Assembly (NCBI GenBank): GCA_964644965.1
Contig: CAZXYN010000002.1
Location: 67,075 to 131,074, forward strand
Direction of reading: 5' to 3'
Length of the DNA stretch: 64,000 nt
Source: an uncultured Candidatus Saccharibacteria bacterium
Lineage (GTDB): Bacteria > Patescibacteriota > Saccharimonadia > Saccharimonadales > JACDBH01
In this document: positions 52,157 through 61,434 of the stretch, piece after piece
Layout of the letters: each line of letters opens with the position of its first letter
Position numbering within the stretch: position 1 is the first letter of the stretch
Made by a program: the position numbers and the translations under genes
Notes under the pieces: model-generated
What the model was told of the DNA's origin: nothing
The model's database searches: none
Seen by the model: the letters and a program-made list of their open reading frames with translations, nothing else

Positions 52157-52375
52157 ATGAGTGCATTTTACGAACAAGGGATGCCCGCTGTAGATTTCAG
52201 CGCTCCCCTAGAAGTTTTCCCTGGTGATTTACCAGGCGAAATACAAAAGTCAATGCAGGGTATAATCCAGGATCATCCTGATCTTGAGCCTGTAGATGCG
52301 TTTCGGCTTGCCCTGTCTGATTTCGTTGCATCGGTTGCAACTAAAGATCAACGACCTGAAAAAATACTTGCATAA
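52157..52375 (+). CDS. hypothetical small protein
   Basis: ORF track, 72 aa. GGATG-type RBS context. Its stop overlaps the tmRNA promoter -35. Confidence 0.45.
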   Translation: MSAFYEQGMPAVDFSAPLEVFPGDLPGEIQKSMQGIIQDHPDLEPVDAFRLALSDFVASVATKDQRPEKILA

Positions 52376-52430
52376 TACTTATGTTTATGCTACAATAGAT
52401 ATATCCCTTGCAAAAGGGAGGATTATAAAT

Positions 52431-52832
52431 GGGGCTGTTTAGCTCGACATTTGGACATTTACAAGTTGGTATAAGCAGGCCGGTAGTCTGAACGTTATCC
52501 GGACAAACCTTCTAACTGCAAACGCATTAGATCGCGTACAAGCTATGTTCAATGACGCCTTTGGTATCAAAGAACGTGCTTTCGCAACAGCTGCCTAATT
52601 TTAGTGTAGCGACTGTTAGTTCGACATCAGATAGAACAAATCAGTCTCATATTTTTCTGATTGCTTAAATATTACGACCCGTAATGTTTACTAAGACTTA
52701 TAGGGTTGCAGCGATGGAATTTTTTGTTGATTTCTATCTTTCATAGCTAAAGAAACCAAGCAAATCAAATAAGCCTGTAGAAACCCAGCAAGTAACCGAA
52801 TGGACGCGGCTTCATCGCCGCCAGCTCCACCA
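52431..52832 (+). ncRNA. ssrA: tmRNA (SsrA)
   Basis: 5' GGGGCTG... pairs with 3' CAGCTCC-A-CCA. T-arm GCGGC-TTCATC-GCCGC. The tag reading frame 52518-52598 encodes ANALDRVQAMFNDAFGIKERAFATAA*. Promoter TTGCAT (52368-52373), 17 nt, TACAAT (52391-52396). Coordinates cross-checked against ORF 52800..53519. Confidence 0.85.
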
Positions 52833-52994
52833 AGTCACAATGTACAAAAGAGGTCACGTGTAGTTTTGCATCTAAATAGCAAAACTTCTAGTGACCTCTT
52901 TTTGCTTGCTCCTTTACCCCAAGCTGAATCCTCTCAGCTTGGGGACCCCATCACCCTAAGCAAAGCTTGGGGCTTTTTTCTTTTATTGTTTGTT

Positions 52995-53774
52995 TTACTG
53001 CTGGGTTTGCTTGATCTGTCCCTTGGCAACTTCTTTGAGCGAAATTGCTTCCTGGATTTCTTCAATAAAAGCTTCCGGATTGCGTTCGTTTATAAGACTT
53101 TGGCCAAGGTAAATTGCCCTGACGCCGCGGCCAAACAGCTGGGCTGCGGTAAGAAATATAGGTTGGTCTTCACTTCCGTTCTCTGTGAGTTTAGAGGCGA
53201 TAATCAACGGTTCTGCAACATCATTCTGCACGAGCCGTTCGCGCGCCTCCAGGAAGTGGGAACCTTCGGTTGTCGTGGCATGGACTTCGGCGGCGTCAAA
53301 CATCGCACAGGCAGCGCGTTCGTAGCGCATCGATTCTCTTTCCTGAAAATGATCGTCCTTATGATCAAGATCATCATTGTGATCAGTAAACCCAATTACG
53401 TCCACGTTTTGTTCTGCTGCGAGCGGAACAATGTACTCTACGAGCGCTTCGCGGCCTTTCTCGGTAATTTCACTCACTGGATTTACAGTGATAGCCGAGG
53501 GGAGGATCTTTCTGCTTAAGTAGGCGTCTGCGGCAGTCTTCATTTTTTCTACGGTATCGCCGATTCGGGTATCCAGTACCACATAGCGTCCCTGTTCGAG
53601 TAGGAAGTCCAGTAGCTTCTGGTCTTGGTTGTGCCATTCCGGGATCTTGGCACCTAGCGTACTGGTTGGAACGTCCTGAAGCTTGGACATAAGCCTGACG
53701 GATTGTTCTGCCTCAACAAAGTCGAGAGCCGCGACAATAGGTGGTATTCCGTTTGCTCGTTCACTCATGTGCAA
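52995..53774 (-). CDS. orotidine-5'-phosphate-decarboxylase-fold (OMPdecase-like) protein, divergent
   Basis: ORF track, 259 aa. PIVAALDF start, VVLDTRIGDTV where DxKxxD is expected (Arg in place of Lys), C-terminal RAIYLGQSLINERNP resembling the GRxI phosphate-binding end. The assignment is tentative. Confidence 0.45.
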   Translation of the reverse strand: MHMSERANGIPPIVAALDFVEAEQSVRLMSKLQDVPTSTLGAKIPEWHNQDQKLLDFLLEQGRYVVLDTRIGDTVEKMKTAADAYLSRKILPSAITVNPVSEITEKGREALVEYIVPLAAEQNVDVIGFTDHNDDLDHKDDHFQERESMRYERAACAMFDAAEVHATTTEGSHFLEARERLVQNDVAEPLIIASKLTENGSEDQPIFLTAAQLFGRGVRAIYLGQSLINERNPEAFIEEIQEAISLKEVAKGQIKQTQQ

Positions 53775-53855
53775 AATAGTATGACACAGTTCGCTAATTT
53801 AACAAAAGTGCCGGTTGTGCCTAAAAGCAATTGACACGCCAAGTACAATTAAGTT

Positions 53856-54032
53856 ATGGCAGATTCAGATTATGAAGAAATTCTACCTTGTGCCGAAAAA
53901 CTGACGTTTGATACTAAAAAAGCCGCCCAAGCTAGTGCCACAACAGCTGGTTTTCATTATGCCGGCAAGGTCAAGCCGTACAAATGCAGCTACTGCAATC
54001 TGTGGCACCTTGCGACTGACTACGATGATTAG
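53856..54032 (+). CDS. small Cys-containing (zinc-ribbon-like) protein, 58 aa
   Basis: My translation is MADSDYEEILPCAEKLTFDTKKAAQASATTAGFHYAGKVKPYKCSYCNLWHLATDYDD. It is below the ORF-track cut-off. The frame length checks out at 177 nt. Confidence 0.4.
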   Translation: MADSDYEEILPCAEKLTFDTKKAAQASATTAGFHYAGKVKPYKCSYCNLWHLATDYDD

Positions 54033-54235
54033 TGGCTACGGTATTTAGACCGTTTTCGTTTGCGAAGCAGGAGCCCAGAACAGCCAACTAGCAATACCAC
54101 GGCGGCGATGCCGACGAATGGTAGATAGGCTGCAGTGTTTTGAGTTTCTGAGGTCGTAGCTGGTACGGCCGACGGATCGAATGGTTTGACGATTTGCGCC
54201 GTAGTCTGTAACGTTTGGGTTTGATTTAGTGACAA
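54029..54235 (-). CDS. mini-ORF consisting of little more than a sorting-signal-like tail (LPFVG + TM + RKRKR)
   Basis: ORF track, 68 aa. TTG start with GAGG 7 nt upstream. No signal peptide. It may be the remnant of a surface protein. Confidence 0.35.
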   Translation of the reverse strand: MSLNQTQTLQTTAQIVKPFDPSAVPATTSETQNTAAYLPFVGIAAVVLLVGCSGLLLRKRKRSKYRSH

Positions 54236-54408
54236 CTAAACCTCGCTTCCGGTGTGTTACCTTTACCCGTATTATCATAAGCGATTCACGCTTTGTCAAC
54301 CCCATAGTTGACTTTCGTGCGGATCTCTATAGGGGAAATCCAAATGTGCGCCAGAGGTGGCATTCACGAAAGCTCACTACGGGGTCAAATTATGCTAAAG
54401 TTTTACTT

Positions 54409-55674
54409 ATGGTTATCTCTAAAATTAAGCGAACGCTCATCAGAGATTCGGTACGCATAAATCAGACAAATCTGCGCGAAACGCTCGACTACATCGATGG
54501 CTACTGGAAGCAGCTAGAGCGTACCCATAAAGAAGATGACGCTACGCTAGTCGGCCTACCGTATCCTTACATTGTGCCGGCTGGTAACGCCGGGGCAACC
54601 TTTCATTTTGAAGAGCAGTACTATTGGGACAGCTACTTCACAGCGCTTGGTCTAACAGATAAGAAACACCAAATTTTAGTAGAGGGCATGCTAGAAAATC
54701 TGCTGGTTATGTTTCGGCGGTTTGGGCTGATTCCAAACGCATCGCGGATGTATTTTACTGGTCGATCACAGCCTCCTGTGCTGACAAGCTTTATTTTTCA
54801 TGTCTACGAAACTTATGACAAGAGTGACGAATGGCTGACTCAGAAAATGGCCGTCGCCAAGGATGAATATAGCCAAGTTTGGATGTATGACAAGCACCCA
54901 AAATGGCACAATGTTCATAAGGGTCTAAGCCGTTATTATGATATAAATGTGCTGCACGACCTTGCCGAAGCAGAGAGTGGCTGGGATATGACGCCTCGGT
55001 TCGAACGTAAATGTTTGGATTTTTTGCCGGTAGATTTGAACGCATTACTGTACAAATACGAAACAGACTTTGCCAGAGCTGCCAAAATAGTTGGCAATAA
55101 ATCATCAGAAAAGGCTTGGCTCAAGGCAGCAGAACACCGTAGGGAAGCCATGAACAAGCTGATGTGGGGACGACTGCGTGGGTTCTATTTTGACTATAAT
55201 TTCCAACGAAAAGTATTGGGCGACATTTGGTCACTGGCGGGCTATTACCCAATGTGGGCCGGTATGGTGACTGATGAGCAGGCCAAGCGGCTGGTAGACA
55301 ATCTCAGCAAGTTTGATAAAAAAGGCGGTCTCAGTACCACCATGCGTCCACTTATCGATACGACGGCGGTATTTGGCTCGCTCAAGGCTCAGTGGGCCAA
55401 TCCTAACGGCTGGGCGCCGCTGCATTACATCGTGGTAGAAGGTTTAGAACGCTATGGCTACCACGAAGAAGCTCGCAAAATAGCCAGGGCTTGGGTCAAG
55501 ACAAATGTTGAGTGGTTCTCTAGACATGGCGTCTTGCAGGAGAAATACAATGTTGCTAACCCTCGCAAGAAGCCGGTCGAGGGTGTCTACCCATCGCAAA
55601 CAGGCTTTGGTTGGACCAATGCGATTTTACTAAAATTTGTAAAAGATTATGATTTGCTAGAAGAAGCAGACTAG
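54409..55674 (+). CDS. treA: trehalase (glycoside hydrolase family 37)
   Basis: ORF track 54229..55674; I prefer the ATG at 54409 (MVISKIK...). FHFEEQYYWDSYF and AQWANPNGWAPLH match the two GH37 signatures. Confidence 0.8.
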   Translation: MVISKIKRTLIRDSVRINQTNLRETLDYIDGYWKQLERTHKEDDATLVGLPYPYIVPAGNAGATFHFEEQYYWDSYFTALGLTDKKHQILVEGMLENLLVMFRRFGLIPNASRMYFTGRSQPPVLTSFIFHVYETYDKSDEWLTQKMAVAKDEYSQVWMYDKHPKWHNVHKGLSRYYDINVLHDLAEAESGWDMTPRFERKCLDFLPVDLNALLYKYETDFARAAKIVGNKSSEKAWLKAAEHRREAMNKLMWGRLRGFYFDYNFQRKVLGDIWSLAGYYPMWAGMVTDEQAKRLVDNLSKFDKKGGLSTTMRPLIDTTAVFGSLKAQWANPNGWAPLHYIVVEGLERYGYHEEARKIARAWVKTNVEWFSRHGVLQEKYNVANPRKKPVEGVYPSQTGFGWTNAILLKFVKDYDLLEEAD

Positions 55675-55718
55675 CACCCCTGGTAACAGACTAGAAACGG
55701 TGGTATAATCACTATAGT

Positions 55719-55769
55719 ATGACCACTGTAATGACAATGTCTAGCATGGTAATGCCCTCGCGGGCTTAA
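55719..55769 (+). CDS. candidate Met-rich leader peptide upstream of metG (16 codons)
   Basis: Extended -10 TGGTATAAT (55701-55709) lies about 10 nt before the ATG. My translation is MTTVMTMSSMVMPSRA*, with 5 of 16 codons ATG. A small GCCC-TCGC-GGGC hairpin plus a T-rich tract (55754-55777) overlaps the ORF end. Confidence 0.35.
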   Translation: MTTVMTMSSMVMPSRA

Positions 55770-55824
55770 TTCTCTTTGACCACAAACTTTTATTACTAAC
55801 CGAGAAACAGGTACACTACATACA

Positions 55825-57285
55825 ATGTCCAACAAATTTTACGTCACTACTTCGATCCCCTACATAAACGGTGAGCCGCATCTGGGACATGCTATGGAAT
55901 TCCTGACAGCTGACGTGCTGGCTCGCTACGCGCGCTCTCAGAAACAAGACGTGATTTTTGCAACTGGTACCGACGAGCATGGGCTAAAAGTCGCCGAAGC
56001 TGCCGAGAAGCTCAAAATCACACCACAAGCCTTAGCCGATCAGAACGCTGGCAAATTCCGAGAGCTGCTAACCCAACTCAACATTAGCAATGACCGATTT
56101 GTACGCACTAGTGACAAGGCTCACGAGCAGCGCGCTCAAATCATCTGGAAAAACCTAGAAAAAGACATCTACAAGGGCAAATACATCGGCTGGTACGATG
56201 TCCGTCAGGAAGAGTTTGTATCTGAAAGTCAGCTAGATCCAGCTCGTACTGACCCAAAACATCCGCAGGCTTACCGCCGCGTAGAGGAAGAAAACTACTT
56301 TTTCAAACTTAGTAAATACACCGCCCAAATCCTGGAGGTAATCGAATCCGACAGCTTGTTAGTCGTGCCAAAAGGCCGCCGTAACGAAATTATTTCGTTA
56401 CTCAAAGAAGGCCTAGAAGACATCAGTATCTCGCGGCCAAAAGAAAAAATCGCCTGGGGTGTGCCGGTGCCTGGTGATACCAATCAAGTCATGTACGTGT
56501 GGTTCGAGGCGCTGATGAACTACATAACGGTGCTTGGCTACCCAGAACATGATGATTTCAAACATTTTTGGCCAGCAAATTATCAGATTATTGGTAAAGA
56601 CATCTTGCGTTTTCATGCGGCCATTTGGCCAGGTATGTTGCTGGCGCTTGATTTGCCGCTGCAAAAAACCCTGTACGTTCACGGATTTGTGAATATCAAC
56701 GGTGCCAAAATGAGCAAAAGTGACGGAAATGTCGTGGCGCCATCGGAAATCGTTGATATCTACGGTGTTGAAGCCTTCCGTTATTATTTCCTGCGCAAAA
56801 TCCCTAGCTACAACGACGGTGACTTTTCGTGGGATCTATTCGACCGAGCTTATCATGGTGAGCTAGCTAACGAGCTAGGGAACGCAGTCCAGCGCACAGT
56901 GGTCATGATAGAAAAATATCAGCAAGGTTTGATAGGCGATATTCCGCAGGCAGCTCATGATACAGCTAGTTACTACCAGGCAATTCAGGAGTGTCGTTTT
57001 GACAAGGCTATGGACGAAGTTTGGGAGCAGGTCAAGGGACTCAATCAGTACATCGAAGAGCAAAAACCCTGGGAAATCGCCAAGCGTGACGAAGCTGATC
57101 ATCTGTCAGAGGTACTGACCTATATGACAGGCTGCCTAGTAGAGATTGCCGACATGCTCAAACCATTCCTGCCAGACACAGCTCAAGCGATCAACAATAT
57201 CTTTGTCGAAGGCGTGCTGCGCAAGCCAAAGACCGTACTATTCCCACGGGTTGAGAACCCACACCTAAAAACCAACGAGGCCTAG
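55825..57285 (+). CDS. metG: methionine--tRNA ligase
   Basis: ORF track, 486 aa. HIGH-type PHLGHAMEF and the KMSKS motif. Confidence 0.95.
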   Translation: MSNKFYVTTSIPYINGEPHLGHAMEFLTADVLARYARSQKQDVIFATGTDEHGLKVAEAAEKLKITPQALADQNAGKFRELLTQLNISNDRFVRTSDKAHEQRAQIIWKNLEKDIYKGKYIGWYDVRQEEFVSESQLDPARTDPKHPQAYRRVEEENYFFKLSKYTAQILEVIESDSLLVVPKGRRNEIISLLKEGLEDISISRPKEKIAWGVPVPGDTNQVMYVWFEALMNYITVLGYPEHDDFKHFWPANYQIIGKDILRFHAAIWPGMLLALDLPLQKTLYVHGFVNINGAKMSKSDGNVVAPSEIVDIYGVEAFRYYFLRKIPSYNDGDFSWDLFDRAYHGELANELGNAVQRTVVMIEKYQQGLIGDIPQAAHDTASYYQAIQECRFDKAMDEVWEQVKGLNQYIEEQKPWEIAKRDEADHLSEVLTYMTGCLVEIADMLKPFLPDTAQAINNIFVEGVLRKPKTVLFPRVENPHLKTNEA

Positions 57286-57287
57286 TC

Positions 57288-58097
57288 GTGGCCGAAAAAA
57301 TTCGTCTCGTTGATACCCATTGTCACATTCAGTTTGCTGATTATCAGCTCGAGACACCAAATGTCTTAGAGAATGCTAGAGCTGCTGGCGTAACAGAGAT
57401 GATTGTTGTTGGTTGTGGTTTGCCAGATAGCCAAGCAGCGCCGGAATTTGCCGCTCAGCACAAAGGTGTTTGGGCAAGCATTGGTCTGCACCCACACGAG
57501 GCAGAGCGCTATGTTCACGATCATCATGCGCTGCAGCAGTTTCGTGACTTAGCAGCCAAGTCCAAAGTGGTTGCGGTAGGCGAAATTGGGCTGGACTATT
57601 ACTACGAGCACTCATCTCGCGAGGCACAGCAGAAATTATTGCGTTTTCAGCTCGATATTGCTGCAGAACATCGATTACCGGTGATTTTTCATGTTCGGGA
57701 CGCCCTAGCACCATCAGGAGGTGCTGGACAGGCTTTTGACGACTTTTGGTCTATCTTCGATGAGTACAAGGGTCTACAAGGGGTAATTCATAGTTTTAGC
57801 TCTGATACACGCATTTTGGAGCAAATCCTGTCCAGAGGCCTGTACGTGGGTCTAAATGGCATCATGACGTTCACTAAACGTTCGGATCAAATCGAGGCAG
57901 CAAAGGCTGTGCCGCTTGATAGATTACTTCTTGAAACCGATGCTCCGTTCTTGACTCCAGCTCCCTTTCGTGGTAAAATCTGTGAGCCTAAGTACGTGAG
58001 GACAACCGCAGAGTTTTTAGCCAATCTGAGAAGCGAATCGCTGACAGAACTGGCTGGGGCTACTACGGCCAACGCACATAAGCTATTTAGATTATGA
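57288..58097 (+). CDS. tatD: TatD-family metal-dependent hydrolase/DNase
   Basis: ORF track, 269 aa. VDTHCH, GEIGLDYYY, IFHVRDA, HSFS, ETDAPFL motifs. Confidence 0.85.
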   Translation: MAEKIRLVDTHCHIQFADYQLETPNVLENARAAGVTEMIVVGCGLPDSQAAPEFAAQHKGVWASIGLHPHEAERYVHDHHALQQFRDLAAKSKVVAVGEIGLDYYYEHSSREAQQKLLRFQLDIAAEHRLPVIFHVRDALAPSGGAGQAFDDFWSIFDEYKGLQGVIHSFSSDTRILEQILSRGLYVGLNGIMTFTKRSDQIEAAKAVPLDRLLLETDAPFLTPAPFRGKICEPKYVRTTAEFLANLRSESLTELAGATTANAHKLFRL

Positions 58098-58369
58098 ATA
58101 CAACCCACCAATCACCAGAACACAGTCCAGCAATTCCGCCAGCAGTAGGCAGCAGATTAGACGTGACCACAAAAGCTGGCTGGTTCATCGAAGCCGCAAC
58201 TCGTCATATCGAGGAAACTACACCATCTGTAGCTGTGACTTCTGCCAAGCACGTGGCGCTTGATCAGACTGTTGACTTTACCCCACCTGCCGAAGTTACT
58301 TCTAGTCCAACTGACCAGATAACCATGGCCGATGATGCCCGGGAGAAGCTCAATGCCCTCTATTCTTAA
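58094..58369 (+). CDS. hypothetical protein
   Basis: ORF track, 91 aa. Overlaps tatD by 4 nt. Confidence 0.4.
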   Translation: MNTTHQSPEHSPAIPPAVGSRLDVTTKAGWFIEAATRHIEETTPSVAVTSAKHVALDQTVDFTPPAEVTSSPTDQITMADDAREKLNALYS

Positions 58370-58733
58370 GAAAATTATCACTGGCAAATCCGAAGTGCGT
58401 CAGCAAGAGCGCGAAGCAGAGCTGTACCGTGCACTGATTCGCCGCGAAGCAAAAATCGGTGGTGAACTATTTGGCCCTGTACCTACCGGCACTCGCCGTG
58501 AATTCTTCTGCCTAGACGAACGTACTTGGGTCTGGCACGAGGAATGGACTGCCGAGAATGGCAAACGTCAGATACGGACTACTCGCTACGATATTCGTCC
58601 AAACGGTATCTTGAAGGCTCAAGATGGCCAAAACTATCAGCAGGTCAATCAGCAAGAAGCCCAGCGTTTGCGAGCCGCGGTTCGCACTTACAACCAGCGC
58701 ATTAGAAGCGAACTTTACGCTCAATACGTGTAA
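58353..58733 (+). CDS. hypothetical protein
   Basis: ORF track 58332..58733; I prefer the ATG at 58353 (MPSILKK...). Basic, Trp-containing core CLDERTWVWHEEW. Confidence 0.45.
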   Translation: MPSILKKIITGKSEVRQQEREAELYRALIRREAKIGGELFGPVPTGTRREFFCLDERTWVWHEEWTAENGKRQIRTTRYDIRPNGILKAQDGQNYQQVNQQEAQRLRAAVRTYNQRIRSELYAQYV

Positions 58734-58753
58734 AATTAGCCCTAGGTAAGCCA

Positions 58754-59905
58754 ATGAGAAAGCATTATCTTGACTATGCGGCAGCGACACCGCTTGACCC
58801 CGATGTATTTGCGGCCATGAAGCCGTATTTTTCAGAAGCTTTTTTTAATCCGTCAGCCCTATATCTGGACGCCCAACGCGTAAAACAAGCTGTTACGACT
58901 GCTCGAGCCGATGTGGCCAGTGTACTTGGCTGCAAGCCATCAGAGGTAATATTTACGGCTGGTGGTACCGAGTCCGACAATCTGGCAGTGCAGGGAGTCA
59001 TGCAGCAATTCCCAGGTAAAAACTGTGTTATTAGCGAGATTGAGCACGAAGCAGTCAGAAAACCGGCCGAACAGTATGATTCTAAAACAGTTGGTGTTCT
59101 GCCTGATGGACGGGTAGATATTGATCAGCTAGAGAAACTTATAGATGAAAACACGGTGCTAATTAGCATCATGTACGTCAATAACGAAATCGGCACAATC
59201 CAGCCGCTTCAAGAAATCTCCAAAATTCTAGACAGAATTCGCTCCAAGCGCCGTAATGATGGTAATCAGTTGCCGCTTTATTTCCATACCGATGCTTGTC
59301 AGGCGGCAAATTATCTAACCCTGCTGCCGCACAGCCTAGGCGTAGACCTGATGACGCTAAACGGTGGTAAGATCTATGGACCAAAACAATCAGGTATCTT
59401 GTATATAAAAACAGGGGTCAAATTGCAACCACAAATTCTTGGCGGCGGCCAGGAGCGATCGTTCCGTAGCGGCACCGAAAACGTGGTGAATATAGTTGGC
59501 TTTGCACATGCCTTGCAGTCTGCACAATCAATTCGTGAAGACGAGCACAAACGGCTTCAGGAGCTGCAGCAATATGCCTTTGAACAGATAGCCAAGCAGA
59601 TACCCCAAACGGTTATAAATGGTTCTCAGAAGCACCGAATTGCCAACAATGTTCATATCACAATCCCAGGTACCGACAACGAACGGCTGATGATGGAGCT
59701 AGACGAGCAAGGCATCATGGTGGCAACTGGCTCAGCTTGTAGTGCTAGCAGCGACGAACCGTCGTATGTCCTCGGGGCAATTGGCATTAGCGATAGTGAT
59801 GCACGTAGTAGTCTGCGAGTTACTTTTGGTAGACAGACAACCAAGCTTGACGTCACCACGTTTGTGACCACACTGGCTGCCCTAGTTGCACCAGATGCCA
59901 ACTAG
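58754..59905 (+). CDS. cysteine desulfurase (class V aminotransferase, NifS/IscS-like)
   Basis: ORF track, 383 aa. FTAGGTESDN, HTDACQA, PLP-lysine context NGGKIYGPKQSG, catalytic ATGSACSA. Confidence 0.85.
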   Translation: MRKHYLDYAAATPLDPDVFAAMKPYFSEAFFNPSALYLDAQRVKQAVTTARADVASVLGCKPSEVIFTAGGTESDNLAVQGVMQQFPGKNCVISEIEHEAVRKPAEQYDSKTVGVLPDGRVDIDQLEKLIDENTVLISIMYVNNEIGTIQPLQEISKILDRIRSKRRNDGNQLPLYFHTDACQAANYLTLLPHSLGVDLMTLNGGKIYGPKQSGILYIKTGVKLQPQILGGGQERSFRSGTENVVNIVGFAHALQSAQSIREDEHKRLQELQQYAFEQIAKQIPQTVINGSQKHRIANNVHITIPGTDNERLMMELDEQGIMVATGSACSASSDEPSYVLGAIGISDSDARSSLRVTFGRQTTKLDVTTFVTTLAALVAPDAN

Positions 59906-59924
59906 CGGTAGAATTACCGTAAGC

Positions 59925-60770
59925 ATGTTCATGACCAAAATAAAACAACATTTTACATTCAAACGCTTTCTGTCAGGCCTAGCACTACTAGCCTTGATTC
60001 TGATGAACCTAACAGGGTTACTTCAGGCTCAGAGCGTGACCCAGGGTTACGGTGCAGACGAAGTTTTGCAGCGTGGTATGATAGTTGGTTTTGATACTGA
60101 TGATCCGGAGAAGGTTGAGCCAATTAACGTTGAGCAACTCGATCAGATTCTAGGGGTTGTAGTTGATGCAAATGATTCGCCGATTACGATTTCTGCCGAA
60201 CAAGAAAAGGTCTTTGTGGCTACGGTTGGCCGCTATGACGTACTGGTCAGCAGCCAAAACGGCAGTATCAGCCCCAATGATTATGTGACGGTATCTTCAC
60301 TCAATGGCATAGGAATGCTAGCGACTTACGAAGAAAGTGACATCTTAGGTCGTGCGGTTAGCGGTTTTGACACCGAAACAGGCATTGTCGGCACCAGCCA
60401 ACTAACAGATTCTAGCGGCAACACCCGTGAGGTAAATATTGGCCGGATTCAGGTAGATGTCGGAATTGCCAAAAATCCACTGGCCAAGAGCGCGGCAGTG
60501 ACGCCGGAATGGCTCGGCAAAATTGGCCAGGCAATCGCTGGCAAATCAATCAGCCCGGCCCGTATTTACATCAGTGCAGGCATATTTCTCATCGGTGCAT
60601 TCATCGCCGGTGCAATTCTCTATGCCGGTATTCGTAGCAGTATTATTGCCATCGGACGTAACCCACTTTCCAAAAAGAGCATTCTGCGTGGCCTGCTGCA
60701 GGTGATTTTTACCAGTTTAATTGTTTTTATTATCAGCGTAATTGGGGTATATTTACTACTAAGAGTATAA
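59925..60770 (+). CDS. secreted-domain protein ending in a two-helix hairpin reminiscent of ATP synthase subunit c
   Basis: ORF track 59886..60770; I prefer the ATG at 59925. Signal/anchor LALLALILMNLTGLLQA. C-terminal GIFLIGAFIAGAILYAGIRSSIIAIGRNPLSKKSILRGLLQVIFTSLIVFIISVIGVYLLL (a G-rich helix, an RNP loop, then a second helix with no Asp/Glu). Confidence 0.5.
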   Translation: MFMTKIKQHFTFKRFLSGLALLALILMNLTGLLQAQSVTQGYGADEVLQRGMIVGFDTDDPEKVEPINVEQLDQILGVVVDANDSPITISAEQEKVFVATVGRYDVLVSSQNGSISPNDYVTVSSLNGIGMLATYEESDILGRAVSGFDTETGIVGTSQLTDSSGNTREVNIGRIQVDVGIAKNPLAKSAAVTPEWLGKIGQAIAGKSISPARIYISAGIFLIGAFIAGAILYAGIRSSIIAIGRNPLSKKSILRGLLQVIFTSLIVFIISVIGVYLLLRV

Positions 60771-60801
60771 GCAGTTTAGAAAAGGGTGGTGTGAACATAG
60801 T

Positions 60802-61434
60802 ATGAATACTTGGGGGTTGGGACTAGTCATAGGTGCACTGGCGGCAACCGCTTTTGCGTTTATCTGGGTAGCGGTACGGCTTGGTTCAAACGGACCAGCT
60901 ACAAAAAAATCAGCAAAAGACGGTCGTGAAGCCATCGGTGATGCGGTCGAAGAAGACGTCGAACATATCTTCAACGATGAGTTTCGTGAGGAGCTGAGAA
61001 ATCGTGGCCGACTGCATTTCGAAAAAATTATTGGTGAAAACGCCATGTTCTTGCAGCAAGATCTGAGGCTGACGACATCGCAGATTAACGAGTTCATGAA
61101 GCAAGAAATCACCAAGACCTTGCAGGAAGAGTTTGCAAAATACGAACAATCTATCGATGACGCCAAGAAAATGGCCATGGATTCACTGCAAAAAACTCAG
61201 GTGGCTATCGAAGAGGAGCGCCAAGTACTGCATGAAAAGCTAGAAAAAGAAGTCGATGGTCAGCGCGATCGGCTGATTAAGCGATTCGAAGAAAACATGG
61301 GTGAGATTGTTAATCATTACGTGCTCGATGCAATTGGTAACGAGATTGACCTGAGTGACCAGCTGGAATACATACTGGGCGAATTACAAAACAACAAAGA
61401 TGTATTGGTGGAGGATATCAGGAGTGGCGCCTAA
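60802..61434 (+). CDS. atpF: ATP synthase subunit b-like protein (N-terminal TM helix plus long charged helix)
   Basis: ORF track, 210 aa. The architecture and its position directly upstream of the delta-like gene and atpA support the call. Sequence similarity is not verifiable by eye. Confidence 0.45.
   Translation: MNTWGLGLVIGALAATAFAFIWVAVRLGSNGPATKKSAKDGREAIGDAVEEDVEHIFNDEFREELRNRGRLHFEKIIGENAMFLQQDLRLTTSQINEFMKQEITKTLQEEFAKYEQSIDDAKKMAMDSLQKTQVAIEEERQVLHEKLEKEVDGQRDRLIKRFEENMGEIVNHYVLDAIGNEIDLSDQLEYILGELQNNKDVLVEDIRSGA

Noticed and set aside
52800-53519. 239-aa plus-strand ORF starting inside the tmRNA 3' end.
   Set aside because: It overlaps the tmRNA and its terminator. It is antisense to the better-supported OMPdecase-like gene 52995..53774, and its sequence is low-complexity and Leu/Phe-rich.
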